This document shows positions 9,543 to 18,466 of a DNA stretch of 64,000 nt, one piece after another (position 1 is the stretch's first letter; each line of letters begins with the position of its first letter). The notes under the pieces were generated by a model. It was not told where the DNA came from, made no database searches, and was given only the letters and a program-made list of their open reading frames with translations. Source of the DNA: Candidatus Gottesmanbacteria bacterium (GTDB taxonomy: Bacteria > Patescibacteriota > Microgenomatia > UBA10105 > UBA927); NCBI GenBank assembly GCA_963701185.1, contig OY969569.1, positions 318,268 through 382,267 of the forward strand, read 5' to 3'. The position numbers were made by a program, and so were the translations under genes.

Positions 9543-10703
9543 TTAGTCGATAAAGGTCAACGCAACACCGCGTTTAGCAGCCCGTCCCGTGCGTCCGATG
9601 CGGTGGATATAATCATCCATGGTTTCCGGAAGATCATAGTTAATAACATGCGATACATCCGGTATATCCAGGCCGCGGCTGGCCACGTCCGTTGCCAGTA
9701 AAATCTGTATTTCATTATGAATAAATTGGTTCAACACATGTTGACGCTGTCCCTGACGTTTGTTTCCGTGGATCGCGCCCGTTTTTACACCGCGGTTTGC
9801 AAGCTCATCGGCAACTTTCTGAACGCCGTGTTTGGTCCTGCCGAAAGCAAGCACTTTGGAAAACTCCCGTCTCTTTAATAGCTCGTGAAGTGTATCTATC
9901 TTCGTTGTGTTTTGTGAAACCCGAATGACATCCTGCGAGATCTGCGATTCCGTTTCCGCTGATTTTACTGAAATTCTGACGGGATTTTTTACAAAATCAG
10001 CAAGCAGCCCGCCAGCACTCCCGGAAATCGTTGCGGAAAAAAATAGAGACTGACGCGCCGGCGGCAGCAGAGAAATAAAATATTGAATCTCGCGGATAAA
10101 CCCGATATCGACCATCCTGTCCGCCTCATCCAAGACGACAGAGCGGAATCCGGACAGGCGGATAACCTTCGTTTCGATAAACTCTTTGAGTCTGCCGGGG
10201 GTAGCGATGACAAAATGCGGATCATCCTGCATGTCTTTCTTCTGCCTCCATTCGTTGGCGCCTCCGATAAGAAGAGCGCTGCGGATGGATAATCCGCGGG
10301 CAAAATCCCGCAGCTGGTTATGTATCTGAAACGCCAATTCACGGGTAGGCGCGATCACCAGGACCCGCTGTACACGGTCGCGTGTGATTTTTTGAATAAG
10401 CGGGATTAAAAACGCCGCAGTTTTACCCGTACCGGTGTTGGCGACGCCGATAACATCGCGTCCTGCCAAAACCGCAGGAATGACTTCGTTTTGAATAGCA
10501 GTAAGGGAGGAGAAGCCTTTGATCCGGATATTTTCAAAAAGAACGGGATCCAATGCAAAATCTGCAAACGTACCGGCCGCGGGTGCGGCTACGGCCGGCT
10601 GACGAGTGGCCCTCTCTTTGCTTTGGGCAATCGCTGCCATGAGCAGATGCTTCGGCACGCTTTTTATGACCCGTGATCGGTTAAATCTTTGATTATTTCT
10701 CAT
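9543..10703 (-). CDS. DEAD-box RNA helicase
   Basis: GTGKT, PTRELA, TPGR, DEAD, SAT and HRIGRTGR motifs. Confidence 0.95.
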   Translation of the reverse strand: MRNNQRFNRSRVIKSVPKHLLMAAIAQSKERATRQPAVAAPAAGTFADFALDPVLFENIRIKGFSSLTAIQNEVIPAVLAGRDVIGVANTGTGKTAAFLIPLIQKITRDRVQRVLVIAPTRELAFQIHNQLRDFARGLSIRSALLIGGANEWRQKKDMQDDPHFVIATPGRLKEFIETKVIRLSGFRSVVLDEADRMVDIGFIREIQYFISLLPPARQSLFFSATISGSAGGLLADFVKNPVRISVKSAETESQISQDVIRVSQNTTKIDTLHELLKRREFSKVLAFGRTKHGVQKVADELANRGVKTGAIHGNKRQGQRQHVLNQFIHNEIQILLATDVASRGLDIPDVSHVINYDLPETMDDYIHRIGRTGRAAKRGVALTFID

Positions 10704-10868
10704 AGGATAGAAATATTAAAAAAATAAAACTGCTTAAAAAATGAATACAGAACTGAAATGGGGAAAAGACGCGGTAATAAATTTTGAGGCGTTTTTTCGC
10801 TTACACTTCGTAGATCTAACTCTATTAAGCAGATGTATTTCTTCAATACAACTGCAAAACGTATTATA
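10704..10868 (-). promoter_or_regulatory. Promoter (-10 TATAAT) and structured ~150-nt 5' leader of the DEAD-box helicase
   Basis: TATAAT on the minus strand at 10868-10863. Local hairpin 10829-10855 and a competing long-range pair 10730-10737/10825-10832. Confidence 0.45.
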
Positions 10869-10872
10869 TCAT

Positions 10873-11451
10873 CTATTTCTTAAAATAGCAATTGCGGCAG
10901 CGGGGCTGGTAAGTGTCAATTTTCCCGACAAGCGATGGATCGGCCATATGGGGATCTACGGTTTTACCGCTCACAATCCGCTTATGGTACACCGCCTCAT
11001 CTCCGCACAGGACACAGACGGCAGACAGTTTGGTCACTTTATCCGCCATACTCATGAGGGTCGGAATCGGAGCAAACGGCTCGCGGTCGTAGGTCAGGGC
11101 AAGTCCCGCCACCACAACCTTTTTCCCTTTGGAAAGAAGCGTTTCTATAACCGGCACAAGGCTGTTGCCAAACCACTGTGCTTCATCTATTGCGATGATC
11201 TCTGTTTTCGGGTGAATTTTCGCCAGGATTTGTCGTGGTGAAGAAACAACATCCGATTCAAACGAGATGCCGGCGTGAGAAAAAAGTTTTTTGTCCCGCC
11301 CATAGCGCGTGTCAATGGCGTGCTTAAATACCTGAATTTTTTTCTTTGCAATCGCCGCGCGGCGGACCTGGCGGATAAGCTCTTCGGTTTTTCCGCAGAA
11401 CATCGGGCCGGCAATGACCTCTAAATATCCTAATTTGATATGTTTAGACAT
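10873..11451 (-). CDS. tdk: Thymidine kinase
   Basis: GPMFCGKTEEL, IDEAQWF and the Zn-binding CVLC...RCRNC motif. Confidence 0.95.
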   Translation of the reverse strand: MSKHIKLGYLEVIAGPMFCGKTEELIRQVRRAAIAKKKIQVFKHAIDTRYGRDKKLFSHAGISFESDVVSSPRQILAKIHPKTEIIAIDEAQWFGNSLVPVIETLLSKGKKVVVAGLALTYDREPFAPIPTLMSMADKVTKLSAVCVLCGDEAVYHKRIVSGKTVDPHMADPSLVGKIDTYQPRCRNCYFKK

Positions 11452-11453
11452 AA

Positions 11454-11486
11454 TTGACGATATATATTTTCGGGTTTATTATGGAT
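11454..11486 (+). promoter_or_regulatory. Sigma70 promoter of the dinB cassette with overlapping candidate LexA box
   Basis: TTGACG-17nt-TATTAT. TTTCGG-GTTTA-TTATGGA matches the motif in the lexA promoter. Confidence 0.65.
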
Positions 11487-11488
11487 TC

Positions 11489-11743
11489 ATGGCAGAAGAA
11501 ATTAATGAATCCATTTCGGTTGCTCTGTGGAGCAATCATACCACAAACAAAATCCTCCCATATAGCCTCTATTGGCAGGGCCGCCGCTACCACATAACGA
11601 AAGTCGGATTTCATCATACCGTGCACGAGGGACGTGTGCTTACCCACATATTTTCGGTCACCGACGGAACGACGTTTTTTAAATTACGATTTGATACGGA
11701 AACGCTCTTATGGAAACTGCTGGAGGTAGCAGATGGAGTTTAA
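11489..11743 (+). CDS. Small beta-rich protein coupled to dinB (DUF6504-like)
   Basis: PYSLYWQGRRYHI...FKLRFDTETLLWKL pattern; overlaps the dinB start. Confidence 0.65.
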   Translation: MAEEINESISVALWSNHTTNKILPYSLYWQGRRYHITKVGFHHTVHEGRVLTHIFSVTDGTTFFKLRFDTETLLWKLLEVADGV

Positions 11744-12938
11744 TCCCGCGCTTCCCACCGTGATGCATATAGATCTCAATTCCTGTTTTGCTACCATTGA
11801 GCAACAGGCAAATCCTACTTACCGCGGGCACCCGCTTGTGGTCGCCGCCTACACGACCGATCGCGGATGCATCCTAGCCGCGTCCGTTGAGGCAAAACGG
11901 TTGGGGATCAAGACCGGCATGTATGTGGGGGACGGCAAACGTCTGTTTCCGAAGCTTATTATTCTCCCGTCCGACCCGCCGAAATACCGCTTTGTGAACC
12001 AAAAACTGTTTACACTGTTGTCGGCATACAGCTCGCTGGTTGAGGTGAAGTCTATAGATGAAATGGTTTTGAAAATGAATAGTGAATTAGGAATTATGAA
12101 TTATGCGAAAGAAATTAAAAAAAGAATTAAGGACGAAATCGGAGAGTGGCTGACGGTTTCAATCGGTATTGCTCCAAACCGGTATCTGGCAAAAATAGCC
12201 TCAAATCTCCATAAACCCGACGGACTGGATATAATTACTGCGCACAACATTGAACTTATTTTAAGTTCATTAAAACTTGAAGATTTAACGGGGATAAAAG
12301 AGGGATACGGAGGGAGAATGCGCAGGGCCGGCATCTATTCGCCTCTGGCTATGTACAAAGCCTCAGGAATGGTTTTAGCGGCTGCATTCGGCTCAAAAAT
12401 AGGCCATGACTGGTCCCTCATGCTCCACGGATGGGAGACTGACCTGTATGACCGGACCGAAACGAAATCCATCGGACACTCCTACGCATTACCGAGGGCG
12501 TACGCCACTGACGATGTCCGTTTGCACCAAATCCTCTCCCAGCTTGTCGAAAAAATGGGCAGGAGGCTGCGGGAAGGCCACTATACTGCCGGAGGAATCC
12601 GCATCGCAACCGCTTTTGCCGACCACACCTATTGGAATCACGGGGAAAAACTGCAAAACGCAATATTTGCAAGCCGGGATTTATATTATGCCGCGCTGAC
12701 TCTTTTGAACAAGGCACCGAAAAAACCAGTAAAATTACTTGCAGTCTCAAGTTATTTTTTATCCGATCACCATCAGGAACAACTGGCTCTGTTTGACCAG
12801 ACCGGTCGGAAACGGGCGCTTGCGGAAGCGCTTGACGCGATAGCCGACCGGTGGGGCGAGTTCACGGTCACTCCCGCCCGGATGCTTGCCATGGAACACA
12901 AGGTTCTTGACAGAATCGCATTCGGTGGGGTACGCTAG
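11733..12938 (+). CDS. dinB: DNA polymerase IV (Y family)
   Basis: HIDLNSCFA, AASVEAKRLGIKTGM, SIDE and SIGIAPNRYLAKIAS motifs. Confidence 0.92.
   Translation: MEFNPALPTVMHIDLNSCFATIEQQANPTYRGHPLVVAAYTTDRGCILAASVEAKRLGIKTGMYVGDGKRLFPKLIILPSDPPKYRFVNQKLFTLLSAYSSLVEVKSIDEMVLKMNSELGIMNYAKEIKKRIKDEIGEWLTVSIGIAPNRYLAKIASNLHKPDGLDIITAHNIELILSSLKLEDLTGIKEGYGGRMRRAGIYSPLAMYKASGMVLAAAFGSKIGHDWSLMLHGWETDLYDRTETKSIGHSYALPRAYATDDVRLHQILSQLVEKMGRRLREGHYTAGGIRIATAFADHTYWNHGEKLQNAIFASRDLYYAALTLLNKAPKKPVKLLAVSSYFLSDHHQEQLALFDQTGRKRALAEALDAIADRWGEFTVTPARMLAMEHKVLDRIAFGGVR
12075..12105 (+). repeat. Degenerate heptamer tandem repeat inside dinB
   Basis: ATGAATA-GTGAATT-AGGAATT-ATGAATT-ATG, translated as MNSELGIMNY. 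Confidence 0.6.
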
Positions 12939-12946
12939 GAAAATAA

Positions 12947-13044
12947 ATATCAAGAATGATGGGTAGTGATCTCGCACAATGATCCATCTGGCAACCGTTA
13001 CATTCGTAAAATTCATGACGGTGCCCCAGCGAGAATACGATATG
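12947..13044 (+). ncRNA. SAM-I-like riboswitch lacking P4, upstream of metK
   Basis: P1 ATATC/GATAT; AAGA junction; P2 GATGG/CCATC; P3 GGCAACC...GGTGCC; pseudoknot CTCGC (12971-75) with GCGAG (13029-33). Confidence 0.8.
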
Positions 13045-14151
13045 ACGACCTATTTCACTTCTGAATCCGTTGCCGCCGGCCACCCCGATAAAATTTGCGA
13101 TCAGATATCCGATGCCGTGTTGGATGCGGCACTGGAGATTGATCCGATGTCACGGGTCGCCGTTGAAACGCTGGTAACCGTCAACCGCGTGGTTATGGCG
13201 GGAGAAGTGACATGCCCCAAAAAACTTGACTACGAAGCGATTGCCAGAGGAGTCATAAAATCTTTGGGATACACAAAGGCAATCTATAACTTTACCCACA
13301 AATCACCCGTTTCCGTCTATATCCACGAGCAGTCGCCGGATATTGCTGTGGGCGTCAACGACGGCGGTGCCGGGGATCAGGGTATGATGTTCGGATATGC
13401 CTCCCGCGAAACAAAAGAATACATGCCCCTGCCGATCATTCTTGCGCACCGTCTGGTGCAAAAAATGGATAAGGCACGCGAGAAATCCATTCTCCCATTC
13501 CTTCGGCCGGACGGCAAATCAGAGGTGAAAGTGCTGTATGAAAACGGAAAACCGAAAGAAATCACAAGTGTTGTTATTGCCGTACCGCACAACCCTGACA
13601 TAACAAACGAAGAGTTGACGAGCAAACTCATTGAGACGGTTATTACGCCGGTTTTATCCGCATATCACTTTAAAACACCTTCCCGGGATTCTATTATCGT
13701 CAACGGCAGTAAAGGAAAATGGGAGATTGGCGGACCCGCCTCGGATACCGGAGTCACCGGCCGGAAAATTATCGTTGATACGTACGGCGCATTCGCGCGT
13801 CATGGAGGCGGCGCGTTCAGCGGCAAGGACCCCACGAAGGTTGACCGCAGCGGCGCCTACGCCTGCCGATACATTGCCAAAAACATCGTGTCCGCGGGGC
13901 TGGCTGACCGCGCAGAGGTACGTGTGGCGTATGTCATCGGACAACGGGAACCGATTGACCGCGACATAGAAACATTCGGAACGGAAAAGAAGAAACTATC
14001 CGTGATCGAAGATTTTGCATGGAACCTTCTGGATATGTCGGTGCCGGGAATTTTACAAGGCCTGAATCTTCGGCGTCCCATTTACCGGGAGACAGCCCGT
14101 TACGGCCATTTCGGGCGTGATAGCTTCCCGTGGGAAACGGTGATAGAATAG
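13042..14151 (+). CDS. metK: S-adenosylmethionine synthetase
   Basis: FTSESV..GHPDKICD, GAGDQG and GGGAFSGKDPTKVDRS motifs. Confidence 0.97.
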   Translation: MTTYFTSESVAAGHPDKICDQISDAVLDAALEIDPMSRVAVETLVTVNRVVMAGEVTCPKKLDYEAIARGVIKSLGYTKAIYNFTHKSPVSVYIHEQSPDIAVGVNDGGAGDQGMMFGYASRETKEYMPLPIILAHRLVQKMDKAREKSILPFLRPDGKSEVKVLYENGKPKEITSVVIAVPHNPDITNEELTSKLIETVITPVLSAYHFKTPSRDSIIVNGSKGKWEIGGPASDTGVTGRKIIVDTYGAFARHGGGAFSGKDPTKVDRSGAYACRYIAKNIVSAGLADRAEVRVAYVIGQREPIDRDIETFGTEKKKLSVIEDFAWNLLDMSVPGILQGLNLRRPIYRETARYGHFGRDSFPWETVIE

Positions 14152-14156
14152 GTGCG

Positions 14157-15305
14157 ATGAGAGACGAGCGGCCGCTGGCGGATATTCTTCGTCCCGCAAC
14201 ACTCAATGATGTTATCGGGCAGGAACAGCTTGTTGGTGCCAACGGTATTATCCGCAAACTCCTTCACACGGGATTCCTCCCATCCATGATTTTCTGGGGG
14301 CCTCCCGGATGCGGCAAAACAACGCTGGCCCGCATACTTGCAAAAAAACTCAAGCGGACATTTTATGAATTTTCGGCGGTTAACACAAAAATTACCGATA
14401 TCACAGCGGTTGTCGATAAAAAACCACTTATTTTTTTAGATGAAATTCATAGGTTTAATAAAGCCCAACAGGACAAACTTCTTCCATACGTAGAACGCGG
14501 AGAAATACTATTAATCGGCGCTACAACGGAAAACCCGTCATTTGAGGTTATTTCGCCTCTTTTATCCCGTTGCCGCGTGCTTGTGTTAAAACCCCTGACT
14601 GAGGCAGAACTTTCAAAAATCATTGATCGTGGACTTCTTTATCTCAAAAAATCAATGGATACAAAAGGCCGCGAATTTTTATTGGAAGTCGCAAACGGTG
14701 ATGCCCGCGCCCTTTTAACTATTCTTGAAATTGCAGCCACACTTAACCTACGAGGAGAGTCCTTGCAGGTTAAAGATATTGAAGAGGCGGCCCAGCGGAA
14801 AATGCTTCAGTACGATCAAACCGGCGATGAGCACTACAATACCATTTCCGCATTTATCAAAAGCATGCGGGCAAGCGATACGGACGCCTCCCTGTATTAT
14901 CTGGCAAGAATGGTGGCGGCAGGAGAAGACCCGCTAGTAATCGCGCGGCGCATGGTGGTGTTTGCATCGGAAGATATCGGGATTGCGCAACCCACGGCTC
15001 TGGTCGTTGCAAACACGGTGTTTGACGCATGCAACAAAATCGGCTACCCGGAATGTCAGGAAAATCTTGCTCACGGCGTGGTGTATTTATGTTTGGCAAA
15101 AAAAGACCGGAGTGCCTACGACGCATATATGGCGGCACTCGCGGATGTACAAAGATACGGCAACCTCCCGATTCCGCTGGTTATCCGCAACGCGCCGACG
15201 AAGCTTATGAAGGGATTGGGATACGGAAAAGGGTATGATAAATATACGAAAGAAAGTTTACTGCCGGATACGCTAAAAGGAAAAAAATATTTTCAAAGGG
15301 GGTGA
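14157..15305 (+). CDS. rarA: Replication-associated recombination protein A (MgsA/RarA)
   Basis: GPPGCGKTT, DEIHRFNKAQQD, GATTENPSF, ISAFIKSMR and ASEDIG motifs. Confidence 0.95.
   Translation: MRDERPLADILRPATLNDVIGQEQLVGANGIIRKLLHTGFLPSMIFWGPPGCGKTTLARILAKKLKRTFYEFSAVNTKITDITAVVDKKPLIFLDEIHRFNKAQQDKLLPYVERGEILLIGATTENPSFEVISPLLSRCRVLVLKPLTEAELSKIIDRGLLYLKKSMDTKGREFLLEVANGDARALLTILEIAATLNLRGESLQVKDIEEAAQRKMLQYDQTGDEHYNTISAFIKSMRASDTDASLYYLARMVAAGEDPLVIARRMVVFASEDIGIAQPTALVVANTVFDACNKIGYPECQENLAHGVVYLCLAKKDRSAYDAYMAALADVQRYGNLPIPLVIRNAPTKLMKGLGYGKGYDKYTKESLLPDTLKGKKYFQRG
14747..14769 (+). repeat. REP-like palindrome, copy inside the rarA coding sequence
   Basis: CCTACGAGGA-GAG-TCCTTGCAGG with TTAA on both flanks; encodes LRGESLQV. 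Confidence 0.85.
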
Positions 15306-15571
15306 CAAAACAAATGGATATTCAAATTGCCAAAATTACGCATTACTATGATAAAATCGGTGTCGCGGTTATTGAAGTTGCCAAACAGCCGCTCAAAGTC
15401 GGCGACGTCATAAAGATTTCGGGGCACGATAACGAATTTAACCAAACGGTTACGTCTCTTCAGGTCGAACACGAACAGGTGAAAGAAATTGATGCCGGAG
15501 AATCAGGGGCGCTCAAAACGGAGAAGCCGGTAAAAGAGGGGGACATGATATACTTGGTGACGAAAAAATGA
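15302..15571 (+). CDS. Small beta-barrel protein (EF-Tu domain II / U32 C-terminal-like)
   Basis: ITHYYDKIGVAV...LKVGD...SLQVEH...VKEGD pattern. Confidence 0.7.
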   Translation: MTKQMDIQIAKITHYYDKIGVAVIEVAKQPLKVGDVIKISGHDNEFNQTVTSLQVEHEQVKEIDAGESGALKTEKPVKEGDMIYLVTKK

Positions 15572-15999
15572 AAACGGAACAGTCAGCAGGAGGCATTATC
15601 GTCCGGTCAGTCGGCGGCGCGTGGGAGGTGCTTATCGTTCAGGATATGCATGACGCGTGGACCTTTCCGAAAGGAAAAATCGACGGCGGTGAGACTTTGA
15701 AAGAAGCTGCCCGGCGGGAAATTCAGGAAGAAGTCGGGCTGACGGATCTGACCATACGGGAAACGCTTCCTGTCGTCCTGTATATGTACCGGCGGGACGG
15801 ACTCATCAGTAAAACAGTTCAGTATTATATTTTTGAATCAAACGGAAGTGAAAATCTTGTCAACCAAACGAATGAAGGAATTCATAATGCATCATGGACC
15901 CCAATAGAACGGGCAATAGAAATCATCGGATATCCGAAAACGAATGCGCCTTTATTACTCAAAGTAAAACAATGGACATTACACCAGCACCGGACATAA
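15568..15999 (+). CDS. NUDIX hydrolase
   Basis: Nudix box GKIDGGETLKEAARREIQEEVG. Confidence 0.92.
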   Translation: MKTEQSAGGIIVRSVGGAWEVLIVQDMHDAWTFPKGKIDGGETLKEAARREIQEEVGLTDLTIRETLPVVLYMYRRDGLISKTVQYYIFESNGSENLVNQTNEGIHNASWTPIERAIEIIGYPKTNAPLLLKVKQWTLHQHRT

Positions 16000-16358
16000 A
16001 AAAAATAGTCAACAAAATCGTGCCGAAGCTGCCGTTTTCGCAGTACGTTGATGCGAGACGGATTGTCTGCATGCGCAGTTTCAAAGCAACGAGCCGTGCA
16101 CGTGCCCGTATCTGGAGCTTTCCCAAAATCTGGCAGATGGCCCTGAAACTTCCCCCCTATTACGTGATAGAGGTGTTGTCACATCATTTTGACCATTTAT
16201 CGGATGATGATAAAACACGTGTGATCATCCACGAACTCATGCATATCCCGAAAAACTTTTCCGGCGCACTTGTGCCGCACAGCGGTCTCCATAAACGAAT
16301 TAATAATCACACGGTTGAAAATTTATTTAAACAATATAAAGAAAATTCTAAGTTTTAA
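15972..16358 (+). CDS. Putative metallopeptidase (HEXXH)
   Basis: ARARIW, YVIEV and IIHELMHIP motifs. Confidence 0.75.
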   Translation: MDITPAPDIKKIVNKIVPKLPFSQYVDARRIVCMRSFKATSRARARIWSFPKIWQMALKLPPYYVIEVLSHHFDHLSDDDKTRVIIHELMHIPKNFSGALVPHSGLHKRINNHTVENLFKQYKENSKF

Positions 16359-16434
16359 GTACTAAGTAAGTACTACTAATTAAATATTAAAAAATAGAAT
16401 TTGTTTAGAATTTAGTACTTAGTATTTAAAATTT
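16343..16434. repeat. AT-rich heptamer-based imperfect inverted repeat
   Basis: Left arm AAATTCTAAGTTTTAAGTACTAAG (16343-66); right arm TTTAGTACTTAGTATTTAAAATTT (16411-34); 7-nt periodicity. Confidence 0.6.
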
Positions 16435-16439
16435 ATCAT

Positions 16440-17099
16440 ATGATTATTTTATTACACGGAAATTATAGCGAATTATCACGGAAAGAATTTATCCGTCTTA
16501 AAGAAGAGGCAAAAGCCAAAGATATCCGTGTATTGGACGGACGGACGATTGACGCGGCGTCATTGACGCAGGCTATCGAATCCAACTCGATGTTTGGGGG
16601 AGACACGATTGTTTTTATCGAAAATCTTTTCGGCAAATTGGGGAGGAAGATAAAACTGATTGAATCGTTGACCGCAATTATCAACGGAAGCTCCGCGGAT
16701 ATCGTTCTTTGGGAAGATAAAGAGGTAGGCGCGACAGTTCTGAAAAATTTACCTAAAGCAAAAATTACCCTGTTTAAAATTCCCACGGGAATTTTCCAGC
16801 TCTTAGACGGTATTGTGCCGGACTCGTCAATCCGTACGCTTCCGCCCGAGCCCCCGGAGCTTATTTTTTCCATGATTGTGAAACGCATCCGTCAGCTCAT
16901 TCAACTGCACGACGGTGTCGTACCGGCCGGTTTGCAGGGTTGGCAGGCCTCCCGTTTGACAAGACAGGCAAAGTTATTTACCATGAATAAACTCCTTACT
17001 ATGTACAAAAAATTACTCGATATGGAGTATTCCTTCAAAAACGGATCTTCGCCGTTTACCACGAGCCAACACATTGAACAGTTTTTACTGGATTTGTAA
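16440..17099 (+). CDS. holA: DNA polymerase III delta subunit-like protein (reduced)
   Basis: MIILLHG start, SMFGG..IVFIEN, IFQLLD and LLDMEYSFKNG pattern. Confidence 0.7.
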   Translation: MIILLHGNYSELSRKEFIRLKEEAKAKDIRVLDGRTIDAASLTQAIESNSMFGGDTIVFIENLFGKLGRKIKLIESLTAIINGSSADIVLWEDKEVGATVLKNLPKAKITLFKIPTGIFQLLDGIVPDSSIRTLPPEPPELIFSMIVKRIRQLIQLHDGVVPAGLQGWQASRLTRQAKLFTMNKLLTMYKKLLDMEYSFKNGSSPFTTSQHIEQFLLDL

Positions 17100-17110
17100 G
17101 AAAGGCCACT

Positions 17111-18466
17111 ATGGATCTCTCAATTTTTAAAGATTATGACATTCGCGGTATATATCCGACGCAGATAAATGGAGACGTTGCCGCTGCCATCGCGCATGGA
17201 ATTGTCCGGAAGTTTCAACCGAAAAGCGTTGTTATCGGCAGGGATATGCGATTATCAGGTCCGGAACTAAAAGAAGCTCTAACGAAAACGTTTAGCGAGT
17301 TGGGAATCGATGTTTATGATATGGGCCTCGTAGGCACCGAAATGATGTCATTTGTCGCCGGAGCTTATCCATATGATCTCGTTATACAAATTTCTGCTTC
17401 TCATAATCCTCCGGAATATAACGGAATGAAAATGACACGGGGGGGCGCGGTTCCCGTCAGCGCGGACACAGGGCTCCGAGAAATCAGAGACCTTACCGCT
17501 CAGGGACCACTTCCGGCAGCCGCTGCCCGGGGGAAAATCCAATCACTGGATATCTACCCCGCATGGAAAGAAAAAATCCTATCACTGGTGGATGTGTCAA
17601 CAATTAAGGCGCTCAATGTCGTCGTCGATGCAGGAAACGGAATGGCGGGAAAATTGGCGCCGGCACTCTATGCAGGTTTACCAATTCAATTAACAACACT
17701 CTTTATGGATCTTGACGGAAGCTTTCCTAATCACGTGCCAAACCCGCTCATTGAATCCAATAATAAAACACTCATAGAAACGGTGACAGCCAAACACGCC
17801 GATATCGGGCTGACATTTGATGGAGATGCAGACCGCATGTTTTTAATTGACGATAAAGGCCGGTTTATTTCCGGTACGATAACGGCGGCAATGCTTGCCA
17901 GGTATTACCTCAAACAATTTCCCGGGTCCATGATTTTATACAATGCCATTTGCGGCAGAATTGTCCCCGAAACAATCAAAAAATATGGAGGAACAAGTAA
18001 ACGTGTACGTGTTGGATACAGTTATATCAAAGCCGCAATGAAAGAAACAAGTGCGGTGTTTTGTGGTGAACATTCCGGTCACTATTTTCACCGCGACTTT
18101 TTTAATTCAGAAACCGGTGTCGGTACGGCCCTCATGGTCATGAGTTTGCTGAGTCTCGACGGAAGAAAACTCTCTGAACTAGTTGATGAGCTGAATATCT
18201 ATCCCGCAAGCGGAGAAATTAATTTTATCGTTTCCGATATCCCTGCGGTCACACAGGCGATTAAAACCGGATTCCCGGATGCCCAGTCCATTGATGAGTT
18301 GGACGGAGTCAGTGTATGGTATAAGGAGTATTGGTTCAACGTCCGCGCAAGCAAAACCGAGCCCTTGCTTCGTTTGAATGTTGAGGCCGATACAAAAGAA
18401 ATTCTTGATGCAAAAACAAGTGAACTCGTTACAAAAATAGTTACGCTCGGAGGGAAACGAAAATGA
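17111..18466 (+). CDS. Phosphomannomutase/phosphoglucomutase
   Basis: FKDYDIRG, SASHNP, FDGDADR and GEHSGH motifs. Confidence 0.95.
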   Translation: MDLSIFKDYDIRGIYPTQINGDVAAAIAHGIVRKFQPKSVVIGRDMRLSGPELKEALTKTFSELGIDVYDMGLVGTEMMSFVAGAYPYDLVIQISASHNPPEYNGMKMTRGGAVPVSADTGLREIRDLTAQGPLPAAAARGKIQSLDIYPAWKEKILSLVDVSTIKALNVVVDAGNGMAGKLAPALYAGLPIQLTTLFMDLDGSFPNHVPNPLIESNNKTLIETVTAKHADIGLTFDGDADRMFLIDDKGRFISGTITAAMLARYYLKQFPGSMILYNAICGRIVPETIKKYGGTSKRVRVGYSYIKAAMKETSAVFCGEHSGHYFHRDFFNSETGVGTALMVMSLLSLDGRKLSELVDELNIYPASGEINFIVSDIPAVTQAIKTGFPDAQSIDELDGVSVWYKEYWFNVRASKTEPLLRLNVEADTKEILDAKTSELVTKIVTLGGKRK

